NCBI GenBank assembly: GCA_020891255.1
Contig: BQFW01000002.1
Coordinates: 1,612,001-1,676,000 of the forward strand
Source of the DNA: Entomortierella parvispora E1425
Taxonomy: Eukaryota; Fungi; Mortierellomycota
Reading direction: 5' to 3'
DNA length: 64,000 nucleotides
Positions 9,889 to 22,642 of this stretch are shown one piece after another (within the stretch, counting starts at the first letter, position 1; every line of letters begins with the position of its first letter). Both the position numbers and the translations under genes were made by a program. Under the pieces are notes generated by a model. It had not been told where the DNA came from. It did no database searches and saw only the letters and a program-made list of their open reading frames with translations.

Positions 9889-11882
9889 CTATAGTCTAGT
9901 AACAGGGTCCTGGAATGGTGAGTTCTTTGGTAGCAGCTCATGCGTCTCGAGAATCTTTTGAAGCGACTCCATTGTTTGTTGATTCTGTTTCAGGATCAAG
10001 GTCATCGCCTGCAAACTGTCCATCATCTCTTGCTGCCCTGGTGTCGTTCCATTGGCAGACAGAGATTCGTACCCTGGCCGCGTCGTTTCGTCCTCATAAG
10101 AGTGATTGCTGTCAAAGCTGTTCCTTTGGTCTGTTAAGCGTCCAAGAAAATATTCAATTACGCCACAGGGGATGATTAATTGCCTTGCCAGGAATAAGGT
10201 GGTCGGAGCATTCGGCGAATATTCCTTTTTTTGCGCTTACCTTCAGTCGTGTCGACATTCTGTACCCGAGTGTTAGCTGCGGCTTGACGTCGATATTGCT
10301 GCATCGCCTCCCAAACCAATGTAAAGTTACGCCCGATGATAATAGAAGGCAGCGTGATCAAAAGGATACCGCACATCATGGCGGGGAAAGAAATCAGCTT
10401 GCCCACAAATGTCGTCGGTACCATATCTCCATAGCCAGTGGTCGTGATCGTCACCATAACGAACCAAAATGCCGATGGGATGCTGTCAAAGGTACTGGGT
10501 TTGTCGTTCGCATCGATGAACACCTGCCTAGCTTCATCCCATTCACCTAGTGGCCATAAAGAGTGTCAGGGATGGGACGAGATTGCAGTATATTACTAAG
10601 CAGGAAGCACTTGAAATGTCACTTTACCTCGCTCAGCAAAATACAAAAGAGTCGAAAAAAGCATCGTTCCTGTGATCAAAAAGAAGAACAGCGCACTGAG
10701 AGCGTCCATGCTCCGCTTGATGGCGACAATCATGACCTCGATCGTCATGATGATTGTCGACGAGTATTTGAATGTCCTGAAGACGCGCAACAATCGGAAC
10801 AGTCTGAGAATTGTAAAGCGGAAGTACACGGTGGTATCCTTTGTCAAAGCCATCTCGATGTAGTACGGCAGAATCGACAGCATGTCGATAATAGCAAGAG
10901 GCGCTGCAATGAGGATAGTTGGTGTTGGTTACGTTGGCAAGATTTTCTTGTTATACTAGGGCCAATCTCCAATGAAGGTACTGTGGGTACTTACATAAGA
11001 TAAACTTCTTCAGCTGCTTGAGCGAGTCCGAGTGGCAAATGAAGCGTGCGATAAACTCGATTGTAAACAGGGCGACCATGATCGTCTCAAAGTAGAACCT
11101 ACAAGTAACAGAGGTTGGATCATCCGAAGTTAGCAGAGGTGTAAAGAACAACGCAGCAACGGCACGCTATATTCAGCGACAAAGCTCTACCACACAGCCG
11201 AGTCGGTTGATCGGAAGGAAGGGATTGTCTCGATGGTCGTAATCACGGCGCTGAGGACAATCGCAAACGACACCCAGACATTAAGCGCAAACGCAGCTCT
11301 GCTGGAGGACGGATCTTCTAGCAGTAGAAACAACCGCCGCTTGAAGGGGTTCTACAGAAAGGAGGTCGGGTCGTTGCACAAAGTCCCGTCTTGATTTTGT
11401 TAGTGCCGTGTTTGGATAACCTTCATTCCTGTGCAACAAATATCCTGCTCTCGCATCGAGTTGCTCTCGTTCTCCTTCCTTAAGCAGGTGCAACAAACAC
11501 AAAAAAGAGAAAGAAAAAACAAAGTCCCTCAGTCATGCGATATCATCCTTACCCTGATGGCATTGGCCTGTGAGTTTGAACGCGTATTGAAGTCGTCCTC
11601 CCCGTCTTGCATTTCCCGCAACTCTTGCGGGATGTCGATCATGGGCCACTCCAGGTCCATATCGACCTGGTGCATCGACCGCCTTGGATTCCCCTCTAGC
11701 GCATTTCTGGACCCTGAAGGTCCTCTCTCCGACACGGGCGATTGAAGTGCTGTACTTTGGTGACCATGGCCACTACCGTTGAGAGGAGCGGAGCTTGACT
11801 CGGCAAGTTCAATCTGATCAACCATGTCTATGTCAATGTCTTCTGGCTCATCCTGAAGTCGCTTGAATGCACGTCGGGGCAT
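9889..11882 (-). CDS. Voltage-gated K+ channel, Kv/Shaker-like 6TM subunit
   Basis: Multi-exon. Pre-S1 KRRLFLLLEDPSSS, S4 RLFRLLRVFRTFK, pore FWFVMVTITTTGYGDMVP, S6 ITLPSIIIGRNF; last exon ends QDPVTRL* at 9889. Confidence 0.9.
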
Positions 11883-12497
11883 TGCCGTTGGATGAATGGA
11901 GCAACGAGAAGAGAGAAGGAGGAAGGAAAGAGGAAAAAGAGGCGAGATGGAGAGTCGGTGTTGGAAGTAAAGAGCAAGGAGGAAACAAAAGTGGGCGCTG
12001 ACTATATGAAGGTGAGGCCAGGAGCAGAGTCAATGTCGAGAAGGAGGTCAAGGTGCATGTGGGGTCCAGTCGAATGTGATTTGGGCGGCAGTTAGGGGGT
12101 CGATGCTTGCTGGACAACAGGCAGGGCTGTGGTGATGAGGAGACGAGAGGAGACGAGACGAGAGGAGAGGAGAAAGAGAGAAGAGAGGGAGGAGGGAGGA
12201 GCATCGTTGGACATTCTGTGCTCATATCAATAACAATTACCCCGCACCGCACCGCACCGCACCGTGCATGTGAGGTAAGCGCACGGGGACCCAAGAGGGC
12301 CTTGGACAGGGTTTAGTATACCGTGCTCTTTTCTCTCCTTTCGTTTCTGTCTCCTGCAAACAGCCCACATGTCCATCCCTGCCTACCCAAGGAGATTGCC
12401 ATCATCTCCACACGCGCGCTTAAACCTAGGTCGAATATGTTTTTTTTTAATTCTTCAACTGGATGTATGGACTGAATTTGCATGCTCGCCAATGAAA

Positions 12498-13745
12498 CTA
12501 GCATGATCCCACTGCTTTTGTATTCAAGATAAGTCCCACAATCAAGCCATACAATCCAAGGACTTCTGCAAAAATCAGCACCAGCACCATGGCGACAAAG
12601 AGCCTAGGTTGGTATGCATAGCCTCGGACACACTAGTTTAAGGAACAGAGATATCAAAAAGAAAAAAAAGTCAGAAAACAAACATACCCTGCCTTGTGAT
12701 CCTGTTCACGCGACTGGATATTCAAAATGTCACCATACCACATCACCAACAATTCCGATGGCATATCCTGCAGCCAAGCCAGTCAATCCGACACAGAGAC
12801 CTGCACCAAGATGAACAAAGCCGCTAAAGGTATTCAAAGTGAGATCATCCGTTGAGATCGACATAGTGGCGTTAGTGAAGACAAACTATGACAACTTATC
12901 CTGGATCCATTCGAGAGCCGGACTCTAGCGAGTAAATCGATGCTTTCTTCTGTTCTTACGCATATAAAGAGTATCCTGTGCCTGACACTAATAGAAGAAT
13001 TAGATGAGAAAGAAAATGAACATTAGAGACTAGGCTTTTTACCCCTGACATTTTCATCAGTTGTGGAGATAGTGTCAGCTTACATGATCCTGCAATGAGG
13101 ACGGAGATGACCAGTCCATAGACAGAGATAATACCAGCCATGACAACAGGGATGAGGGCCTATTCCGACAAGGACAAGATTAGACGACTAGATCGATGCG
13201 GTCGAAGGGTTATTCTACTTTGAACGCAGATCAACGCGCTCTCCCTTACCTTCATCATGAGCTCAGGGCGGAAGGTTCCCATGCCAGAAATACCGATACC
13301 AGACTTGAATGTGCCGTATCCTGCTCCCATGCCTAGTCAATGGATATGCCAATGGATCGAAATAGTGTACAAGTCATTATCAGCCTCGATCCTTGAATAG
13401 ATAGTGTTGGCAAATTACTGTTCGCCGTGCAAAATCATTTCCATTCCACGTTCAAAGTGCTATCGTGAAACTCCCGAGTCTAGTGTTCCTGTGCTGGGAA
13501 TTGCTGTCTTTTCAATAGCATGACCTATTCATGGAATACGTACTGCTAAAGACCATCTGTCGGGCATGCACGTTGAAGAGATGAAGACTGTTAAAAGTCT
13601 GGACTGAGGAGGATTCAATTCTCCATATTGTAAATCGTGCGATGTTGTGCGAAGATTAGCTTACAGCGCTGGCGACACCCATGAGGCCAAAGAATGGCGC
13701 AAAGGGAGGGCAGTAGTCAGAGGCAATAGGGGGAAGGGCAGACAT
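12498..13745 (-). CDS. VMA11: V-type H+-ATPase proteolipid subunit c' (Vma11-like)
   Basis: Spliced translation [17 protein letters not shown]|MVFS|[28 protein letters not shown]|[15 protein letters not shown]..|..[37 protein letters not shown]. The GTFRPEL..K.LIPVVM motif fits c' better than c. Confidence 0.85.
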
Positions 13746-14047
13746 GGTATAGACGCGAGGTGGAGGGGCCGGGTTCAGGAGAATATGTCGTTCAGTTCCG
13801 AGTCGCAAGAGTTGGTGTAAGGGAAGCCGGGTCGGACAATGGCCACTGATGGAGGGTAGGTGAAAGTGAAGGTGAGGGCGAGGAAAGGACAGGGGCAGAA
13901 GGACAGAAGAACAGACATGCATGCACCCAGCGCGCATCGCATGTGACCGCCCAAAGTCGAATGAATGAATCTCACGTCACAGAAGCGTTTTGCGGTCGGC
14001 CGTACTGCGACACGTTTTCTGACCTTCATTTTATTATTTATTCGATA

Positions 14048-16639
14048 TTAATCATCGTCGTCTTCGTCGTCGTAGTCGTCGACGTAGCCGCTGGTCAAGG
14101 CCCCAATAAGTTCCTCCGTCGTCATGCTGACAAAATCGTGGTCTTCGGGGTACTCACTGTTGTCCAGTCGCGACTTCCACCAGTTGTCCTCATCATCTTG
14201 CTCGTTGTACGATCCAGTTGAGTTCTCGTCCTCCGTCTCTGTTTCCACTTCGGGCCTGGTCTGCTCCTCGTTTTCCTCTTCCTCTGCCTCCATCCCGCTA
14301 TCTTTTCTTCCGCCGATCTCTATAAGCTCGTCTGCGTTTTCTAGACCGCCAATACTCGTCTCCTTTCTTCTCTTCCTTTCCGGCGTTTTAAGAGGAGATG
14401 TCGTGTCTTTACGGCTAGAAGAACGCTCTAGGAGAGGATCTTCGAAACCTCGCTTTTTTGCCGGTGGCCGTCGCGGTGGGTCAAGCGATGGCGATGACGG
14501 CGACTGCATTGAACCCAGATCAGATGGGTTCAGGCGAGGTCTACTTCGAGCAGATCCCGAGCCACTGCCGAGACTATAGGTCTGAATGCTTCCAGTGAAT
14601 GTAAGGAGCGACATTTCTGAGTGAAATTCGTCTCCGTAAAGAGACCCTTCCCCCTCCGAGGAAGAGTTGTCATCATCCTCATCATCACTATCATTGTCAC
14701 GATTAACCTGCTCCTCGCTCTCTTCATCATCCGCTTCCTCGGAATGCATATCATCTGTTTCGTGAACACCGTCTTCATCTTCCTGAGCGTCGGTTTCGTT
14801 TTCCTCACCAAATAGGCCAGGGTCCTTAGAACGACTTCCTGCCCAAGCTCTTGAGGAGTCGTGGCTAAGAGAATTATCACCAACGTCGAGTTGAACGTGC
14901 GCTTTGCTTTTTCGGCGATATAGTTCCGAGGAATGATTGTCCATAGAATGAAGAGTTGAAGAATTTCTCCTAGTCAATAGCGAGGCGCCAATCCTAGCGC
15001 GTGGATGGCAAGTCAGGGGTAAAAACTTGCGTCGATAAGCATCAAGAGCCTGCTGAAGTAAGAGTCTTTTTCCATCAAGCAGAGGTCGATTCAAAGAGCA
15101 CTGTAGTCGGCGGTGTGACGACGATGGAAGGGGTCCGTTAGTCTCCGGAAATCGAGGCGCAGCATCAGTCAGTACAATCAGGAAAGTAAGGACTTACCAG
15201 CCTCCACCCAAGTTCGTTCAAATATGATTCTTCGGCTTGCTTAACACCAGACGTGTTCCATTGATCCAATCTGGTCCTTCCTGTCAAGAATGAACGAGGG
15301 TATACGCAGTTTGCTTTTTTAAATTCCAAGCTGAGGTCGTCCAACTGCACCCGATTGACGTCGCAAAGAATTGTCAAGTTCTTAAATCGCCCTTGATCAT
15401 AGCCTTCAAAATCCAAGAGAAGATCTAACTCCGGGACTGGCGAGAATGAGCCCAAAGTTGGTAGCCTCAAGTGCCATTGATGCTCTTCAATTCGAGTAGG
15501 GCGCGATGAGAGATCAACCGTGTGCTCGCTTACAGAAGATCCTACCAAGTCCAGAGCAATAGGACGGGCCATCCGCGTGGGTCTTTGCGTACGGCGTGGA
15601 GAGCCTGGCGTTAACGGTAGTTGCCATGCTAACTGACGAGTTTGTTTGTATACAGGCGACAAAGACTGACCACCTCCTGGATCAACTAATTGCGGTGGCA
15701 CGATCGAAGGGTTTGGCACCGACAGAGGAGTTGACTGTTGTAAAGTGTCTCCTTTGGATTTTTCTTTTCTCCTCGCGCGACGAGATTTTTGCTCAGAGGT
15801 CACGTTTCGAAGACTGATGACAGCCTGCTGCAGTAGACCTCTCTTACCCGTTAATAGATTGGGGTTGAGGTGTACCAGTTTCCATCCTTGGGTGTTGCAC
15901 TCCCGTTCATAGCCCAGGCGTGAGCCCTTGTAGTCCTGCTCAGGTCCGTTGGCACTTGGGTAGAGGCAGTTCGATTGACGGAGGTCTGACGCGATATCGT
16001 TCTCCTGTACCGCATCAATATCTGCCTTGATCCTGTAAGATTGACGCACACTCTTTGATGAATAAGAAAAAGATAACCATGTCCCGTTTTCATCAACCTC
16101 TAGAGCCGGTGGTATTGAGGGCTGTGGAACTCTCTGAGTTGGATCAAGGATAGGGAAGACTCCTTGTAACATGTTCTGCGGTCCGTCTTGTCTGGTATGC
16201 AAGGGTGACTTTTTCTGACCAGAGGTAGATCCGACTGGGGGAGAGTTAGCTGCATTGAGGGCGATCGACTGCATCCTGACCATCTTTGCCTGGTGAAGAG
16301 TCGCCTCCATCGCTGCCAGTTCCTGAACGGATAGGCCCGATAATAGGCCAATTACTTCGTTATTTGGCTGTAACAGCTGCTGCACCGGTATGGTCATTTC
16401 TGTAGATGCCGGCAAAGGTCCCTGGTTCACCTGCTTTGAAAAAAAATAAGTCGTCAGAGTACTGCTGGGATAGGGGATGATATCCAGTCTTGTTTGTAGT
16501 CGCTCCTTACCTCCGAGGTTTTTTGCGTAGTTAATGGCATGGAGGTGGCAGAAGTGTGGCAGTTGAATGGAATGAATGGAGGTTGGCTGCCACCTTGGGG
16601 TTTAGTTGCCCGGTCATGAGGCGAATCATCACCTGGCAT
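14048..16639 (-). CDS. Uncharacterised ~804 aa protein with two copies of a fungal NCxYP..GWxL..LN..LL.GKR.LLQQA domain and an acidic C-terminus
   Basis: Exons 16639-16511, 16430-15198, 15100-14048 join in frame. The last splice completes repeat 2 (LGWRL|CSLNRPLLDGKRLLLQQAL), which matches repeat 1 (QGWKLVHLNPNLLTGKRGLLQQAV). Confidence 0.8.
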
Positions 16640-16808
16640 TCGTCTCCTCTGGATTGATGAAGTTGGATTTTCAGCAGGCAATGAATTATTGAATGGGTTG
16701 AGGCTGGAAAAGAGGCAGAGGGATGTCTTTTTGAGGAAGATGAAAAATGATGCTCAGCCACAGTCCGTGCACGAACAATTTTATTATGACAACGCATCGC
16801 GGGGGGTT

Positions 16809-18206
16809 TCATCTGGCATCTTGAAGACTCTGTTCCAACTCCTTGGCCTGTCGCAGCTTCACTAGAAGTTTTGAGCAGTGCTGTAGTTCAAGTATCTCCT
16901 CTTGCACACAGGCACATACCTGACCTAAAAGTTGTATCAATCCATTGAACTGGATACGTTGCATGATTAGTTGTCTGCACTTTGAATATATCGCAGAGTC
17001 TCAAGCGCGGCCACTTACCAACAGTCTATCGCCATCCACTTTTTTCAAGTTTGCCTCAACTGAACTTTGGCAACTACGGACTTGGGTAAGCCAATATTCC
17101 AGATGGTTGTCGTCGAATGCTGGTATGCTCAAAACAGGTGCGTTGCCTTCAAGTGCAAGTATTGTATCTTCATACTGTGGTCTGAGGGATTCTAGTCCTA
17201 TCACAACAGTCATCACTTGTTCTCTCTATAGGGCAAAGAAACACACTCGAGGATTAAAAGCAAGTCCATGTTCACAGGAAAACGCCAGAGGTCAGTTTAA
17301 GCCAACACTTTACCTGGCGCCCGAAACTTGACTCAAGCTCTGCCAATTGCTTCTCAATAGCGAACCTCTGCTGCAAGTCCCGTAGTGTTGATTGTTTCTC
17401 TTGAACCTCGCTCTCAAGTGTTGATCTTTCGACCTAGGATACGGTATGGCAAGCAGAGTCAGTGATTTTATCTCCATGCCTCTTTCTACTTCTCTCGTCC
17501 TTCTATGGTTCATGTGTAACAGAGAAAGCACCCGGAAGCCTACCTTGATCCTTGCTTCTTGTACCGTAAACTCTTTAGAGACCTTCCTACCCATCAGATA
17601 CCACTGCAAAAGCCTCGTTTGAGCTAGGTACAAATCTTCCTGTTTCTTCCCAGAGTTAAAATGTGATTGGCGTTCCTGGTGTATGCTTTTCGTCCCATTG
17701 AACTTCATCTCTGTGGTTGGGCGAGATTGTGATGTCCGACGGATAGCCTCTGAGAGATTATGGTCAGGTTCCGGGTCCAAGTCTGCTAGACAAAGTGCCT
17801 GTGAGGGTCGTGGGTCTGACAGGAACGGACTCTTTTCTCCTATTTGATCGCGTGGGCCATCTGTACGCTTTGATGTTGAGTTCGCGCGATTCGTAGGCTG
17901 TTTTTTCTCAACTCTGAAGGCTGATGATCCTCCATGCCGGCGAAGGCCAAGGCCTAGGGTTGCATGCTTTGCGCTGCTGGCGAGCGCATCGTACTGTTGG
18001 GCGAGCCTTTTTGTGTTAAGCTGTTGAAGCGGCCTTTCTGCCTTTTGCACTTGGCTCTGTTCAGTGGGGTCTCGAGATCCTGGTCCAATCGAGGCTAATA
18101 CGGGACGCGTTGATCGCCTTGGCTCGAATATAGGAAGTGGTGTTTGCCTTGGAGGGGATTCTCCTCGGATATTGCGCGAAGGTGGTCCACGTATTGATGC
18201 CCGCAT
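16809..18206 (-). CDS. Augmin subunit 8 (HAUS8/QWRF)-like coiled-coil protein
   Basis: Four exons joined in frame. Disordered basic N-terminus, QTRLLQWYLM (QWRF-like), coiled coil, LRPQYEDTILALEGNAPVLSI; ends ELEQSLQDAR*. Confidence 0.6.
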
Positions 18207-18574
18207 ACTCTTGTTGAGTGCTCGTTCTGTTTTTTTCAGTCATTCCATTGATGTTAATAGTCTATTTTTGTTTCAGGACTTTTCCATTGTGTCAACACAA
18301 GGGTCTTCATGTTGTCAATCCGCACCTGCTTGATATGCCTCTAAAAGCATCCTCCGTTCCTGAATCGAGGGAAGACCCGAAGGCGCGCTTTCTTTTTGTT
18401 CCGCAGGGCTGTCCATGTTGATTGTATGTTGCGGAAAGAATGAAATGAAGTGATGCTCCGTGTCATTCACTGGTGCCACCAAAACCTACATTTATTAAGG
18501 GTTTAAACATGGCTCTTGCAAGTTGCAAGTTCTTTGCGGAGAGCTGCGCTCTGTGATCTTCTCTTCATCCGACA

Positions 18575-19004
18575 ATGCCATTACCTCCTGTTCGTCGCTC
18601 GGGATTGCAGCAGGACATCCTGAATCTGTACCGTCAATGCTTCCGCGCAGCTAGACTTAAGCCTGAGGTAACAGGAAGGAGTAGAAATGCAACCATGAAG
18701 GAAGCATCCGGACGATTGCAAGTTCGGAGTGGGCGGGTCTTCCGTCTTTCGATAAAAGGCGGCTCCAACAATAGAATGTAAAGTCCAAGGGAGGTAGACT
18801 CTTCTAAATATTAACGTTCGTCCATTCACTTTGATCCAACAATAGGCAAACCGTCCCCACTTCCATGCCTTTATCAGGATGCAATTCAGGAAGCATTCTG
18901 AAGTGAAGCAGAAAGATTTCTCGACGATCGAGTACCTTCTCAGGACGGGTAAACGTCAACTGAAAGTGTACTCTGCACCAAGTATCGAGGATGTCACCAT
19001 CTAG
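18575..19004 (+). CDS. SDH6: Succinate dehydrogenase assembly factor 1 (LYR family), 83 aa
   Basis: Exons 18575-18667 and 18846-19004: RSGLQQDILNLYRQCFRAARLKPE|ANRPHFHAFIRMQFRKH..KDFSTIEYLLRTGKRQL. Confidence 0.88.
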
Positions 19005-19381
19005 TTAGTTTGAAGTCGACAGGACAGTGTCAAGTCTAAGATACCTGCGTAAAGGCCTGCGATTGGAAATCGACTGTGTGGTCTATGTGCAAGAGGCTCA
19101 TTGAGAGTCTTTGCTTCTCGCCCAAGAAAGGAGACACCTCCAAAACAGGACCACAGAGAGGCAAGGGTGTGCACTACCGTGTTGGGCTTTAGTTCGTGCA
19201 AGCAAGGCACTACTTGCGCTTGCTCAACTTCGCAGCTTTGGGGAGCACGCTTTATGAATAAACGCCACCAAAAAGGCCCGTGACTGCTGTTGTCATATTT
19301 CTTTTTGTTGAATGCAATAAGACCACTCAATTCTTCAACAAGTTCTTACATACCAATCGTCAAACAGGCAGGATTCCCTTC

Positions 19382-22300
19382 ATGCATCGCAGGTCAAGCC
19401 CAGGAGGCGATAGTGGCAGTGACTACGAAGGCTACTCAGACTTGGGTTCGGATGTCCTATACTCACAGCCAAGTAGCCGCGGAACAAGAGAACCTACACC
19501 AGAGTCAGAGAGTGATGTGGAGAGTCCAGTTCTTGTTCCCTCGATGGCGATGCAAAAGATTGGTCGCGAAGACCATGAATCATCGGCCTCAGGATCTGAC
19601 GAGGATGACGAAGGCGAGTCTGCAGGCGAGCTAGAGGTGGATGAGGGTGAGGATGAACACGTAGAGGAGGCAGGCAGTGCAAGTGAAATCGACAATTATG
19701 AGGGCAAGGAGGGTGATCACACTAGCGATGGTGGTGGTGATAGAGGAAGCGACGGCGAAGGTGACGGCAATCAGGAAGATCAAGAAAGCGGCGAACCTGA
19801 TCTCTCTGGGCTAGTTGTCCGCAGCTTCGCCTCCTATAACATCGAATCCAGGCGCAAGAAACCGAAAAAAAAGCCCCCCCGCGAAAAGAAAGCCCGGCTT
19901 CCAGTCATAAATCGACACCTCGACGAGAACTGGGTGTCCAGGGATGTGTTTCCACAGCAATTCGCAGAAAAAACCAATCTTCGCGAAAAAGAAGAGCTGG
20001 AGGATTCTATTGGTGATTTCCAATTTCAGAAGGACCAAATCCAATACCATCTCTTCAGACTTCCTCGCAACAGCCACTCGAAACTTCATGACAGGAACGC
20101 CTACGGACAGCTTGGATTCGAAAAGCCGCTTTCATCGGATCCCAACAATCCTCTACTGGACACGACGGACTCTGAGCTGGACGAGATCGAGAGCGATCTG
20201 GAGCTGGAACGGGAGTATGAGGAGTACAGAGCTGAGCGAGATAAACCGGTCTATCAGCTGGAGCAAGACGGCGATGTGTGCATTTACTGCAAAGCATTCG
20301 TACCTTTCGACATGAGGAAAGCCAAACCATACCCGACAGTCTACCAGTGTGCCCGCTGCATTGAAAGTCAGACTCCGCATGGGCCAGTGTCGAAGGAAGC
20401 CTTGCAGGCACACGTACTGGCGCTGAAGGAATCGAAGGACGAGGCTTGCAATATTGAAAAGGGTTCTTTCTCGGATGTGTATTTCAACCTCAAGGAACTC
20501 CACGCAGGCAAAGAGGATATGACCAACCAAATCCTAGACGCAGCCGAAAAGCTTCAGCCTCTATCTCCAAAGCAATCCATCTTGTGGAATGATGCAGTCG
20601 AAAACCTAAAGTACAAGGATGTTATCAACAGCTTTCCATTCGCCTCAAAAGCCGAGAACGCTGCGCGATATTGGTCAACAAGGGGTCCTTTAGTTGTGGC
20701 AGGCATGGTTTGGACAAAGGAAGAGAGCGACCTGTTCTTTAGCGGTCTTCGCCGGTTTGGGAAGCACAATGTCTGGGCCTTGCAGGAGCATATAAAATCG
20801 CGTTCGCTGGCTGAGGTTGTTGCGATTATCCAAGAAATGGATGCGGAAGTAGCCCGACTCAAGGCGGATGGATCTGGAGCACTTCGCCTGAACGAGATGC
20901 CTATGGCTGAGGAGGTAGATGATGAGCAGATCGAACTAGAGGAACAGTGCGCCTCGACCTTACTGGACATGGAGATGCGACAGTCATTCGAGAAACAAAC
21001 CAACGAATCCACGGAGACGCGACCAGAAATTGTCAAATTGTCTAGTCTATTCAATTTGAAATTGCTCTGTAACATGTCTTCACGCCTGTACATGCAGAAC
21101 CATGGCGCTGGCATTGAGAGGGATGTTGTCCCACTCTTGTACGACTCTCTCAAGAAATGGCTTACGCCTATTGTTCAAGAGCTTGTCACTCTGCAACATG
21201 AGCGGCAGCGAGTAGGACTTGTCCTTAACAAAGTAATGATTTCTTGTAGCTTGCAGTTATGGTCGAATATCCTGATAGAAGAGCCACATCTCTAATCCAT
21301 CCCTCTAAATCAATGTAGGCAACGCCATCTCAAGACCTGTCAGTTATCTCCGAAAAAGACGTTCTTCGGACCCTTCATGCCCGCCAATTGCCATTGGACG
21401 CCGAGAAATTTATTGGAACGCTACCGATGAGACTCAACCTGCGAGTGTTTGATGATACAAAGTCAAAAACCAACTCGATAATATTACCAGAAGGCGAGGA
21501 CCCAGGTATCGGAAGGACGTTCTACTTGAATCACGAAGTAGATCAAGCACAGGCACAGGCACCCGACTCGGACCAGGACATGGATACCGACGACGGTGTC
21601 TCAGCAGAAGAAGAATCAGAAATCAGCTTGGAATACCCCTTGGCCGTTATCCCAAAAGATATGTTGGGTAACCCTTTGGCCAAACCTGAAGATACCGCAA
21701 AGTACTATCGAAAGCAAGAAGGGGCTAGACTGCATTGGGATTTGTTTTGGTCTACAAAATCACGTCAGGCACGGAAAATCTGGTCAGACACTCCAAAGCC
21801 AATGCCAGGATCGCGGTTCAGGCTCCAGGAGCGCAAACGATTTAGGGAAACACACCCACTGAAGCCCACACCCTTGCCTTTCAATGACTGGAAGGAAGGA
21901 GTCGAGAGGCTGGCCGCCAATAGTTTCGCTTTGCCTGTAGGCATAGGGAAGGACGCTCCTCAGCCGACTTCGTTTGACCCAGAGGACCCATCGGTTCTTA
22001 GTATGAACAAGAGGAAACGAAATCACGAGCAGTTGGTCTACACGGATTACGCCACCCAGTTGAAAGAGCACGAGGAAAGGAGGGCAGACAAGATTAGGAG
22101 GATGCAAGAATTTGCTCGAAAGTATGAGGACCTGGCAGGAAAGATGAACCAACCCCGATCTCTAGAAATCTATGCCCCTGGATATGGACTCCTCCCTCCA
22201 AACGCGTCTTTTGTGTATGACGAGTCCCGGGAGCCTCCCAAAAACAGCTATGGTCTTGGTGAGCGCGACCGTGGAGGACTATGGCTCATGGATGCCAAGA

Positions 22301-22521
22301 ACTTCGAGGGTGCTTCTGGGTACATCACAGTCTCTGACACGGAGGACGAATGGGAGGAAGAGGAAGGATGGCAAAGCCAGATGAGGGCTGACCTCGTGAT
22401 CGAAGAAAGATCTAAACGGAGGCAGACCGGCTCTCAAGAAGAAGCCTCGCAGGTATCCAGAGATGGAACTGAACGAGAAGGCGTTGAGGAATCGAGCGAC
22501 GACGAACCACCTGCAAAGTAG
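19382..22521 (+). CDS. Myb/SANT-domain nuclear protein, RNA Pol I upstream activating factor RRN5-like, ~1017 aa
   Basis: Exons 19382-21232 and 21319-22521 in frame. WTKEESDLFFSGLRRFGKH..IKSRSLAEVV followed by EMPMAEEVDDEQIELEEQCASTL, as in fungal Rrn5; acidic N-terminus. Confidence 0.6.
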
Positions 22522-22642
22522 AGAGTCCGTCCAAGTTCAACCCCCCCCCATTTGTACAATATCAAGAAAAAATAATACCAAAGATTGCATCATTTTTTTC
22601 TTTTTAATTTGCAGAAGCTGACGCCAAACGCCAATTGACAAT

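Noticed and set aside
13370-13450. Possible intronic C/D snoRNA in the VMA11 intron (ATGATT...CTGA, minus strand)
   Set aside because: Imperfect C box, no terminal stem, and no rRNA guide that I could identify. An Infernal/snoscan search would be needed.
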